A stretch of DNA of 64,000 bases from an uncultured Aminicenantes bacterium. GTDB taxonomy: Bacteria > Acidobacteriota > Aminicenantia > UBA2199. The notes under the pieces are model-generated. The model saw only the letters and a program-made list of their open reading frames with translations, did not search any database and had not been told where the DNA came from. Within the stretch, counting starts at the first letter, position 1. Each line of letters opens with the position of its first letter. Below, piece by piece: positions 17,009 to 25,426 of this stretch. Location: the NCBI GenBank assembly GCA_965195285.1, contig CBDAFS010000003.1, positions 8,257 to 72,256 of the forward strand, written 5' to 3'. Position numbers and translations under genes: made by a program.

Positions 17009-17584
17009 TCAATCCTGGATGGTAAGCCGGGTGGAGTCATCCTCATTCTGGTAAAAATCGGTCAGCAGCCGGACCAGTATCGGTGCGTATTTTTCTCCAC
17101 AACCATAACAAACTGGCCTGAAAACAGCGGATGATGAATAATCAAATAAAAAAAGTCCCAGTGGTATTTTGGTCTGGCTTCTTCTTCCGCACATAGCGCA
17201 GGGTTCTTCTCGGTTGATATTGTTGAATTTTATCACCAGATGCGGATGCAAATCATATTCAAACCCGGCATCAATCACATCACCGGTCTTACAATCCAAC
17301 AATCCGGAACTTCCCAGTTCGGTAATCTTGGAGTAATATTTTGATTTATTCCAATGCGGGAGAGATTTCACATATTCTTTAGCTTCTGCCACGGTTTTAA
17401 ATCGCGTCTCATCACTTCTGTCTTTAAAAGTACTCAGAATGGTTACATCTATTTCTTTATCAATTTTTATATCCCCGACCAAACAATGCAGGGTACCATC
17501 GCCCACTTCAACCCATTCTACCCAGCCATTCCCATCAGAAGATTCAAAAATTAAATTTCCATTCAAATTATATTGTTTTTTCAT
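17009..17584 (-). CDS. Hypothetical protein with C-terminal CxxC...CxxC zinc-finger-like motif
   Basis: CAMC and CYGC pairs. Confidence 0.65.
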   Translation of the reverse strand: MKKQYNLNGNLIFESSDGNGWVEWVEVGDGTLHCLVGDIKIDKEIDVTILSTFKDRSDETRFKTVAEAKEYVKSLPHWNKSKYYSKITELGSSGLLDCKTGDVIDAGFEYDLHPHLVIKFNNINREEPCAMCGRRSQTKIPLGLFLFDYSSSAVFRPVCYGCGEKYAPILVRLLTDFYQNEDDSTRLTIQD

Positions 17585-17663
17585 TTTCTAACTTAGACAT
17601 ACCATAAAATCGAGTAAATTAAAACCATAGTGAATTTAAAATTTTAATTTAAAATGAAATATA

Positions 17664-17692
17664 TTGACAAAAGAACATTAGACTGTTATAAA
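17664..17692 (+). promoter_or_regulatory. Putative sigma70 promoter
   Basis: TTGACA-17 nt-TATAAA with extended TG. Confidence 0.6.
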
Positions 17693-17715
17693 TTGCTCAT
17701 CGGATTCAGGTTGAG

Positions 17716-18900
17716 ATGTTAGAGAAACTTAAGCAAATAATGGCAAAAAAGTCCAGTACGGCAGAACTCTATGAAAAAAAGGGTCAATTAACCGATGCCT
17801 ATCAGGAATACCTGAGAACCGGTAATATTGCCAAGGCAGGCGATATCCTAACAAAAACCGGTAAATGGAATGATGCGGCAAGCCTATTCATCCAAAACAA
17901 CGAAATTGACCTGGCCAGAAGAGCAATCGAAAAATGCTTTAAAAGCGGAAAATCATGGGAAACATATCCGCTTGAGAAAGAAAACTCTATTACCATAGAA
18001 GACTGGCTGAAAAAAAACAACCAGACCCGACGGTTTGTTCGATATGTTCAGGATGTTGAAACATTCACCCCGACCGGAACTCCTTTAGTCATTGTCCTGG
18101 CCGGCAGATTAAAAAAGGCCGATGAACACAAAAATGCAGCTGAACTATATAAGCGAGGTTTTTACCTGGTCAATCAAGGTAAATCAAGCAAAGCCATAAA
18201 AAATGAAGTCTGGCTGAAATATGCAACTGAATGTTATGCCAAAGCTAAATTGTATATTCTGGCAGCTGAATGCTTGAAATCTCTCATGCTAACCGAAGTG
18301 CAAATCGGAACAGATATTTCAAAAGATTATCGATATAATCCCTACCGTAATTATACTTATCATCTTCAAACGGCAAAGGATCTCAATTTTCTTAAAGCGT
18401 TCATAGACAGCTTGGAAGATTTTGATCCGTTTAATATTGCCTATGATTTGATTAAAATCAAGGAAACCCTACTCTCACTGGAATTGTTTTTCAAATATTA
18501 CGGAAGAATTGCCAAGAAATATCTATCCGAAGAGGAAACTGAAATCCGAAACGAAAAGGTCAGTTATTGTTTGAACCAGTATGTTGTATACTACCGAAAC
18601 AAGAAGGAATATATTAAAGCTGCGGAAATTGCGCTGATCAATTCTCAAAAGAAAAATGCCGCTGAATTGTATAAACTGGCTGAACAGGAAAAAAAGGACC
18701 CTGAAGGAAAGCAGCTAATCTACAAAAGTGAAAAGGTTAGAAAAATTATTAAATGCCCCCATTGTAATGAAGAGGTCAAACCCGAATGGGCAATTTGTCC
18801 AAATTGTGAAAACAGTTTATCATTGAATACCTGTGAATGCGGTGAACAAATAAAGCCTCACTGGAAAATTTGCCCGAACTGCCGTCGAAAGCTCGGATAA
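17716..18900 (+). CDS. Helical-repeat protein with C-terminal double zinc ribbon
   Basis: AA.LY/A..CY helical repeats; CPHC..CPNC..CEC..CPNC with PEW/PHW motifs. Confidence 0.75.
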   Translation: MLEKLKQIMAKKSSTAELYEKKGQLTDAYQEYLRTGNIAKAGDILTKTGKWNDAASLFIQNNEIDLARRAIEKCFKSGKSWETYPLEKENSITIEDWLKKNNQTRRFVRYVQDVETFTPTGTPLVIVLAGRLKKADEHKNAAELYKRGFYLVNQGKSSKAIKNEVWLKYATECYAKAKLYILAAECLKSLMLTEVQIGTDISKDYRYNPYRNYTYHLQTAKDLNFLKAFIDSLEDFDPFNIAYDLIKIKETLLSLELFFKYYGRIAKKYLSEEETEIRNEKVSYCLNQYVVYYRNKKEYIKAAEIALINSQKKNAAELYKLAEQEKKDPEGKQLIYKSEKVRKIIKCPHCNEEVKPEWAICPNCENSLSLNTCECGEQIKPHWKICPNCRRKLG

Positions 18901-18920
18901 TCTCCTCTGTTTCCCCTGCA

Positions 18921-19673
18921 CTATTTCTTTAGCAGATTCCTTTCGGTGAAGGTTTCCGAAGGGATTTGCACGTCAAAATCAATTCGGGTCAGAAGCATTT
19001 CAGTCCTGGAGTTTTTTCTGAGTTTATCCTCCAGGATGATCCGGGTAGGATAGAATCGGTTTTGATAGGTCTTTATTTCATCAACTGTCATCACTTTCAA
19101 TAGTTTACCGCTCTTGGAATAGAGTTCTTCCTTCAATCCCAAAAAACGTTCCTTATCCACCCAGATTTTACGGGTAAAATAGGTCTGTTTGGGAAGGTTG
19201 GAAACCAGAACCACCAGATAGCATAAACGATCATCTATGGTTTCCTCTCCGGCTACTTCAGCTGTATACTCTTCCCGCAGTTTTGTTGCCCGTTCGGTCA
19301 TATCCTCAAAGGAAAAATCAGATCCCATCATGCTCTGACGCAGCATATGGCCGGAAAGCCTCATCACCCGTTCCGCTGAAGGATAATAAATCTTTACAAT
19401 ATCTTCAATTTTTAAAATTTTGGTACCCCGATCTCGTGCCGGACTTAAAAATTTAATGAATGATTTTTTATTTCCTTCTGAATAACTGACCAGCTTTTTG
19501 GTAATAACCCGGTTTTTTATGGTAATGATCATTTCAGATTCTGCATATGCGGTCTTATAAACCATGTTCTGGTCAATCCTATCCAGGATATCCATGGCAT
19601 CGGTAAGATCCTGAGAAAAATTCCCGTTAAATGCCCAAAATCCAATCAATAGAGTCCATATGATTTTTTTCAT
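18921..19673 (-). CDS. Outer membrane lipoprotein-sorting protein (LolA-like)
   Basis: Signal peptide; FLSPARDRGTKIL, MMGSDFSFEDM, FTERNL. Confidence 0.85.
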   Translation of the reverse strand: MKKIIWTLLIGFWAFNGNFSQDLTDAMDILDRIDQNMVYKTAYAESEMIITIKNRVITKKLVSYSEGNKKSFIKFLSPARDRGTKILKIEDIVKIYYPSAERVMRLSGHMLRQSMMGSDFSFEDMTERATKLREEYTAEVAGEETIDDRLCYLVVLVSNLPKQTYFTRKIWVDKERFLGLKEELYSKSGKLLKVMTVDEIKTYQNRFYPTRIILEDKLRKNSRTEMLLTRIDFDVQIPSETFTERNLLKK

Positions 19674-19685
19674 CTATTTTCTCCT

Positions 19686-20954
19686 CTACACTTTTAATTC
19701 GGTTCGAAACGCTTCTACCGGAGACATCTGGGCCGATTTGAATGCCGGGTAGAGAACCGCCAGCAAGGTAACCAGTATTCCAAAAATCATGGCCCCGATC
19801 AGGATCGCGAAACTGAAATCCGGATAGATGAATCGTCCATAAAACGGGACAGGAATATCAATTTTATCCATCATCCCGCCTGAAAAAGCGGCAAAATCAA
19901 TGCCCACTTTTTCCACATAGGCGGACAATGCTCCGCCCAGAATACCTCCCATTACGGCTCCGATGATTCCGATATAAAATGCCTCCGAAAGAACCATGAA
20001 AAACACCTCCCGATTCTTGAAGCCCAGGGCCTTGATCACCCCGATTTCATGATATCGTTCCATCACCGCCATCAGCATGGTATTCAGTATTACCAGGCCG
20101 GCAATAAACATAACGACCCCCATTATGACATTGTATATACTGGAAACCATAGGCATCAATTCAATAAATTCATTCTGCTGCCAGGGAATGACCTTGTATT
20201 CATGTCCGGACTGGCTATCATTCAGTATGGCTCCCACTTTTCGGGTCACTTCAAAGGACCTCCCCGGATCATTCAGATAAATCAGAATCTCATGCAGCGA
20301 ATCGCCGCAATCCAGCATCTCCTGGGCTTTTTTCAGCGGGATATATAATAAATGTTTATCAAACACTGAATATCCGGTCTCGAAAATGCCCGCAATCGTG
20401 AAGGGTAACGCATAGGTGGAATAATTGATATCCGTGGTGACAAGCAGGAGTTCCTCTCCAACTGTAACCTTAAGTTCTCTGGCCAGTTTTTTTCCGATGA
20501 TTAAATTCAGTCCGGATTTATTCAAATATTCTCCTTCGACAATGGATTTGGACAATTCCAAAAATCTGTCACTCATTTCCGGATTTATCCCGATGGCAAC
20601 CGCTGCTTCGGTGTTGCTGCTGTGGCTGAGCAGCACATTGAATTTGATCCGTTTAATAATGGAATCAACACCTTCAAGTTGAGAAATTTCCCGGTACAAT
20701 TGAGCTGTGTCATTGACCAGATATTCTTTGGGAAGAATACGTTCCAATCGCAGATATTCACTGTGGACAATTCGAACATGTCCGATTTGAGTTCTCACGA
20801 TGGTATTGCTGGCCCCGCTTAAAATACCGGCTATGTAGCTCTTGGCAAAAATAATGGAAAAGACACCGACAACAATTGCCGTGAGAGTCAGAAAAGTCCT
20901 TCTTTTATTTCTCCAGATATTTCTCCAGGCTAGTTTTAATAAGTTTATGATCAT
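19686..20954 (-). CDS. ABC transporter permease (LolE/MacB/FtsX family)
   Basis: LAWRNIWRNKRRT, NTMLMAVMERYHEIGVIKALG, YPAFKSAQMSPVEAFR. Confidence 0.9.
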   Translation of the reverse strand: MIINLLKLAWRNIWRNKRRTFLTLTAIVVGVFSIIFAKSYIAGILSGASNTIVRTQIGHVRIVHSEYLRLERILPKEYLVNDTAQLYREISQLEGVDSIIKRIKFNVLLSHSSNTEAAVAIGINPEMSDRFLELSKSIVEGEYLNKSGLNLIIGKKLARELKVTVGEELLLVTTDINYSTYALPFTIAGIFETGYSVFDKHLLYIPLKKAQEMLDCGDSLHEILIYLNDPGRSFEVTRKVGAILNDSQSGHEYKVIPWQQNEFIELMPMVSSIYNVIMGVVMFIAGLVILNTMLMAVMERYHEIGVIKALGFKNREVFFMVLSEAFYIGIIGAVMGGILGGALSAYVEKVGIDFAAFSGGMMDKIDIPVPFYGRFIYPDFSFAILIGAMIFGILVTLLAVLYPAFKSAQMSPVEAFRTELKV

Positions 20955-20966
20955 CTTCTCCTCCTG

Positions 20967-22244
20967 TTAAATATGCCTCAGAGCCTGAATGGGATTCATT
21001 TTGGCTGCTTTGCGGGCCGGATACATACTGGCCAATACGGCAATGAGAGTTCCAAAAACAAAGGTCATCAACAGGGTGCCAAAGGTCAAGTCCGCAAAGT
21101 AGACATCCTTTACCGGATAAACGGATTCCATCATTCTTTCCAAGTTGGCGCTTTTGGTCAGGAAGGACATGGACCAGCCTTTAACTTCCAGATACCAGCT
21201 TCCCAGCCCTCCCAGCAGGCAACCCAGCAGGCTGCCGAATATGCCGATGAACCCGCCCTCGAAGATGAAGAGTTTCATAATCTCACCCTTTTTCATGCCC
21301 AGAGCCGCCATCATGCCGATCTCCCGGGTACGCTCCAAAACCGCCATCAACATGGTATTGATTATTCCCATGGAGGCGATAAACAACAGGATGAAGATAA
21401 TCATCCCGGTCCCCTTGCTCTTCATCTGGCTGATCATGAGAAAATCACCGGCCAGATCCTTCCAGGAATAGACTTCAAGGTTCAGGTTTCTTGATTTCAG
21501 TCGCTCCCGGATTCCAGCCATAACCCGTTCGATAACCCGGTCATCGCCGGAGTTCAGCCGGACCACGATTTCAGTCACATCTGTTTCCAGGCTCAAACCT
21601 TCCTGGGCAATACCAAGTGGAATGATGATTCTCATATTATCAACGGTCGGATTCCCGGACTCAAATATTCCCTTGACTTCCAGATCCATGGCATTCCAGC
21701 TGAAATCCTCCTCATCGGATGAGGTAATCATCCGTACCGTAATCAAATCTCCCACCTTCAACCCGATGTCCCTGGCCAGATCTTTCCCGATCAGGACTTT
21801 TGCCTCCCCGGGCTGCAGCCATTCCCCTTCCAAAATTGACTCCTTTATATTGAACAGATCGGGATCCTTGTCCGTCTCAACGGCAACCCCGAGACAGGGT
21901 AACTCATCCACACCTTTAATCAAACTTGCGCCGAACAGAATTCGATTCTCAGTCGCCTTGACATCCTGAATTTCGCCGATCAGTTCATGAACCTCCTCGG
22001 ATCTATTTATGGTCAAATCCATGGGAACCTTATCCTTGCGGTCAAAATACCCTTTTTGAAAGATTTTGACATGAGAGGTCTGACAATTGATGATATTGGA
22101 AATGGATTGTTGATCGATTCCGTCCAGAAGACTGATTGAAATCACCAGCAGGGCCAGCCCAATCGAAATGGCTGTCAGGGTAATAAAGGTTCTCCGTTTA
22201 AACCGGAACACATTGCGAAATGCCAACTTGAGTAAACTTCTCAT
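20967..22244 (-). CDS. ABC transporter permease (LolC/MacB/FtsX family)
   Basis: LAFRNVFRFKRRT, ERTREIGMMAALG, YPARKAAKMNPIQALR. Confidence 0.9.
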   Translation of the reverse strand: MRSLLKLAFRNVFRFKRRTFITLTAISIGLALLVISISLLDGIDQQSISNIINCQTSHVKIFQKGYFDRKDKVPMDLTINRSEEVHELIGEIQDVKATENRILFGASLIKGVDELPCLGVAVETDKDPDLFNIKESILEGEWLQPGEAKVLIGKDLARDIGLKVGDLITVRMITSSDEEDFSWNAMDLEVKGIFESGNPTVDNMRIIIPLGIAQEGLSLETDVTEIVVRLNSGDDRVIERVMAGIRERLKSRNLNLEVYSWKDLAGDFLMISQMKSKGTGMIIFILLFIASMGIINTMLMAVLERTREIGMMAALGMKKGEIMKLFIFEGGFIGIFGSLLGCLLGGLGSWYLEVKGWSMSFLTKSANLERMMESVYPVKDVYFADLTFGTLLMTFVFGTLIAVLASMYPARKAAKMNPIQALRHI

Positions 22245-22246
22245 GA

Positions 22247-22936
22247 TTACCCCCTTTTCTCATCGGATTCGATTTTTCCGTCTTTTAATTTGATGAGCCG
22301 ATGGGCAAAGTCCATGACCATCTTATCATGGGTGGAAAATATGAAGGTGGAGTTGGTTTTTTGATTTAGTTCCAACATTAATTCCAAAATCTCTCTTCCG
22401 GTCTTGGAATCCAGGTTGGCCGTGGGTTCATCGGCCAGTATCAATTGGGGTTTCTTGACCAGTGCCCGGGCCACAGCCACCCGTTGCTGCTGGCCTCCGC
22501 TCATCTCAGAGGGTTTCCTGTTGAAAAAATCCTTGAGCCCCACCTCGGTCAATATATCTTCGACCATGGATTGGCGCTCTTTAAGACTCATATTACCCTT
22601 GAGAATCAGGGGAAACTCAACATTTTCAAAAGCCGTCAGTATGGGTATCAAATTAAAGGTTTGAAAAACAAATCCAATGTTATACCGACGGATATTGGCC
22701 AGTTCAGTACTCTTCTTGGCGCTGATTTGTTTTTCATCCAGGAACACTTCTCCCCGGGTGGGAACGTCCAGGCAACCGATGATATTCAATACTGTGGTCT
22801 TTCCGGAACCGGAAGGACCCGCAATAGATAAAAACTCTCCCGGTTCCACAGAAAAGGAAATATCATTAAGAGCGGGAAATGAAATGTTATTGGTTTTATA
22901 AATTTTTGAAACGTTCTCAACTCTTATGATCGACAT
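22247..22936 (-). CDS. ABC transporter ATP-binding protein (LolD-like)
   Basis: GPSGSGKT, MSGGQQQRVAVARAL, LADEPTANLD; AAGGAGG RBS before ATG 22936. Confidence 0.92.
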   Translation of the reverse strand: MSIIRVENVSKIYKTNNISFPALNDISFSVEPGEFLSIAGPSGSGKTTVLNIIGCLDVPTRGEVFLDEKQISAKKSTELANIRRYNIGFVFQTFNLIPILTAFENVEFPLILKGNMSLKERQSMVEDILTEVGLKDFFNRKPSEMSGGQQQRVAVARALVKKPQLILADEPTANLDSKTGREILELMLELNQKTNSTFIFSTHDKMVMDFAHRLIKLKDGKIESDEKRG

Positions 22937-22947
22937 GTAAACCTCCT

Positions 22948-24087
22948 TTAGAAATTTATTTTGAGCCACAAAAAAAATGCAGGTGAAATTTCTTGGTATT
23001 CCCCGTCCTGGGGAACAGAATTGAACTCCCCCCCGGATTGACCCAGAGGAAGATAGAAACCACCGGCTAACTGAATATTTTGACCCAGTTCATATCGAAT
23101 GACCGGGCTGATTATATATGAACCATCACCCCAGTTGGCGATATAACTCAGTGAGACAGAAAATAAATTTGAAAACCCGTAACTCAGCATGGACAAAAAA
23201 TATTTGCGGCCCAGTGTGAAACGTTCTCCTGAATAAAGCAACTCATAATCATGCTCACCTATACTATCGGCACCACTGGAGTCATAAAAAAATTCACTCA
23301 GCCAGTACAGTCCGTTCCCCAACGGAAAAGTATAATCAAAGCCTAACACCAGTTTTAAGTCGTTATTCTCGCAGGTTTTAAAAATACCTCCCTCAATCCA
23401 CCAGCCGATAAAATTTTCACCCCTGATATCCAAACCATAAACCGTTGTTCGGGTAATCCCGGAACGGATCAAGGTCAGGCCCATATCTACACCCACAACC
23501 TGGGTTTTGGCCCGCAACGCATACCGGGAAGTTTCAAAATTGTTATCCGGTGAAAACACACCCATGATTCCGGAAGATGCTCCCAGGGGGACATAGATTT
23601 TAGCGGCATTGGCCCCGGGCTTTTCCTCTTTGGGTTCCAAAATATTAACCCGGTTGAAGATATCCAGCGGTGCCCACAAATAGGAGACTCCCAGCGCTAT
23701 CCGTTGTTTCCCGATGGAAATATCAAAATGTTTGAAATATAGATCCACATAAGCCCGATCCAAGTTGATACTTAGACTTTCAATGTCCACTGATTCCGGT
23801 TGGTCGTATGTCCCCGGCGGTTTGGTAATAAAACCATAAAAAGTAAAAAAATCAATGGCAACATTCACTCTCACCTTATCAGACGGGGAAGCCATGAGAA
23901 TGAGCCGGAGCCGGTTGTAATCCCCCAGATTGAATTTCTCACCAATATCACACCATTCCACTTCCGGTTCCAGGGCCAGGTAAAACCGGTTTTCGAAGTA
24001 CCCGGATACCTCAATCCCTGCCGGCAGGATCAAAACCCCCATCCACATGACCATGATCATAATTGAAAATATTTTTTTTACATTCAT
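22948..24087 (-). CDS. Putative outer-membrane beta-barrel protein
   Basis: Signal peptide, LDRAYVD / IGKQRI motifs, alternating aromatic strands, C-terminal Phe. Confidence 0.7.
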   Translation of the reverse strand: MNVKKIFSIMIMVMWMGVLILPAGIEVSGYFENRFYLALEPEVEWCDIGEKFNLGDYNRLRLILMASPSDKVRVNVAIDFFTFYGFITKPPGTYDQPESVDIESLSINLDRAYVDLYFKHFDISIGKQRIALGVSYLWAPLDIFNRVNILEPKEEKPGANAAKIYVPLGASSGIMGVFSPDNNFETSRYALRAKTQVVGVDMGLTLIRSGITRTTVYGLDIRGENFIGWWIEGGIFKTCENNDLKLVLGFDYTFPLGNGLYWLSEFFYDSSGADSIGEHDYELLYSGERFTLGRKYFLSMLSYGFSNLFSVSLSYIANWGDGSYIISPVIRYELGQNIQLAGGFYLPLGQSGGEFNSVPQDGEYQEISPAFFLWLKINF

Positions 24088-24088
24088 T

Positions 24089-24196
24089 TCAAATGAGATT
24101 ACCCCTGCTTCTTTTCTTTCCGCTCAATTCCTGACCAGGTAAGAATGGGACCATCAAAGCGATTACCACCAAAACCGAAATGATTATTCTTTTCAT
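24089..24196 (-). pseudogene. 35-aa ORF, probable remnant (signal peptide only) of a deleted exported-protein gene
   Basis: AAAGGAG RBS then MKRIIISVLVVIALMVPFLPGQELSGKKRSRGNLI*; not in ORF track. Confidence 0.5.
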
Positions 24197-24218
24197 GGGT
24201 TTTCTCCTTTTTTTATGG

Positions 24219-24908
24219 TTATTTGTTCATTTCTTTTGAAAACATCTCGATGATCCGCCTCTCAACCACGGAAAAAGATCCCTCCGGAGCTCCCAATATG
24301 CGTTCAACCGACCGCTCGTAAACCTTTAATCGCCTTTCGATTTTATCCAGATTTTCCGGCTTTTTTTCTGCCTCCAAGAGCAGTTTAACCGTGGATTCGC
24401 TTAAACTTAATGACATGGAGAATATCAATTCAGCGGTTTCAACTTCATCTGCAGGATTAAAATGACCTTCCTCAATTCCCTGCTTAATGACTTTAACAAA
24501 TTCAGGTGTTAACCATTTAAGGCTCTGCTGAAGCATCTTGTAACGCATGATTAAATTTTCATCCCTGTACATTACTTTCATGAGCATTTTCATCAATTCC
24601 ATGTTCTCAACTTTATAATCCCGTATGGTTATAAAAAATTGATTTAATTTTTCCAGAGCATTGATATCCGGTTTTTCCACTAATTTATTTACCCGATCTA
24701 AGGTGGCCCTGGACCAGCGGTCAACTATTTTATCCAGCAGATCATCTTTGGAACTAAAATAGTGGTAAAAAGTACCTTTGGCCACGCCGACTTTTTCAAT
24801 GATATCGTTGACAGAGGTGAGTTCATATCCCTTTTGGAAAAAAAGCTGCTGGCCAACATCCAGTAATTCGTTTAATCTTTCATCATATTCTTTGGATACT
24901 CGAACCAT
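24219..24908 (-). CDS. TetR/AcrR family transcriptional regulator
   Basis: LFFQKGYELTSVNDIIEKVGVAKGTFYHYFSSKDDL; AGGAGG RBS before ATG 24908. Confidence 0.92.
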   Translation of the reverse strand: MVRVSKEYDERLNELLDVGQQLFFQKGYELTSVNDIIEKVGVAKGTFYHYFSSKDDLLDKIVDRWSRATLDRVNKLVEKPDINALEKLNQFFITIRDYKVENMELMKMLMKVMYRDENLIMRYKMLQQSLKWLTPEFVKVIKQGIEEGHFNPADEVETAELIFSMSLSLSESTVKLLLEAEKKPENLDKIERRLKVYERSVERILGAPEGSFSVVERRIIEMFSKEMNK

Positions 24909-24920
24909 GAGCAACCTCCT

Positions 24921-24983
24921 GACCGAACGTCGGTCTAGACCGACCGTCAGTCTAATAATAGTATAAATCTTTTTATCTGTCAA
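24921..24983 (-). promoter_or_regulatory. TetR promoter with tandem palindromic operators
   Basis: TTGACA (24983-24978)-17 nt-TATTAT; GACCGA-ACG-TCGGTC (24921-24935) and AGACCGA-CCG-TCAGTCT (24937-24953) between -10 and RBS. Confidence 0.75.
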
Positions 24984-25041
24984 CCTTTGTTGAAAAATAA
25001 AGTAAATTTTATCGTTTGGTTTGCGATCAAATCCGGGTTTA

Positions 25042-25368
25042 CTAACCTGACGGTTTCTTTATGATGATCAGCGGATCATCAGTCCATATATTATCTCCAT
25101 CAAAGACCGCAACCATATATTTTACAATTTTCAGGTGATCAGATCCGGGTTTCACCGGAATCGTGGTGGTAACCTTTTCATTATTCTGGGCCCTGAAACG
25201 TCCTTTCTCAAGAGGTGAATCCCTGCCAATATGAACAGCAAACGGGTGTCCCTCAGGACAATTCCACTCAATGGTATCACCGGGATCGATATAAATTATC
25301 TCATTTCCATGATAATCGAAATTCCCGTCTTTAACCGTAAACGAGATAGTGTGTGATGTAGACATCAT
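25042..25368 (-). CDS. Small beta-sandwich hypothetical protein
   Basis: AAGGAGG RBS; PGDTIEW...YMVAV...DDPLIII pattern. Confidence 0.7.
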   Translation of the reverse strand: MMSTSHTISFTVKDGNFDYHGNEIIYIDPGDTIEWNCPEGHPFAVHIGRDSPLEKGRFRAQNNEKVTTTIPVKPGSDHLKIVKYMVAVFDGDNIWTDDPLIIIKKPSG

Positions 25369-25426
25369 TCCTCCTTGTTATTCTATTTTAATATTTAAAA
25401 AAATTTCATTTAAACACAATTTCAGT

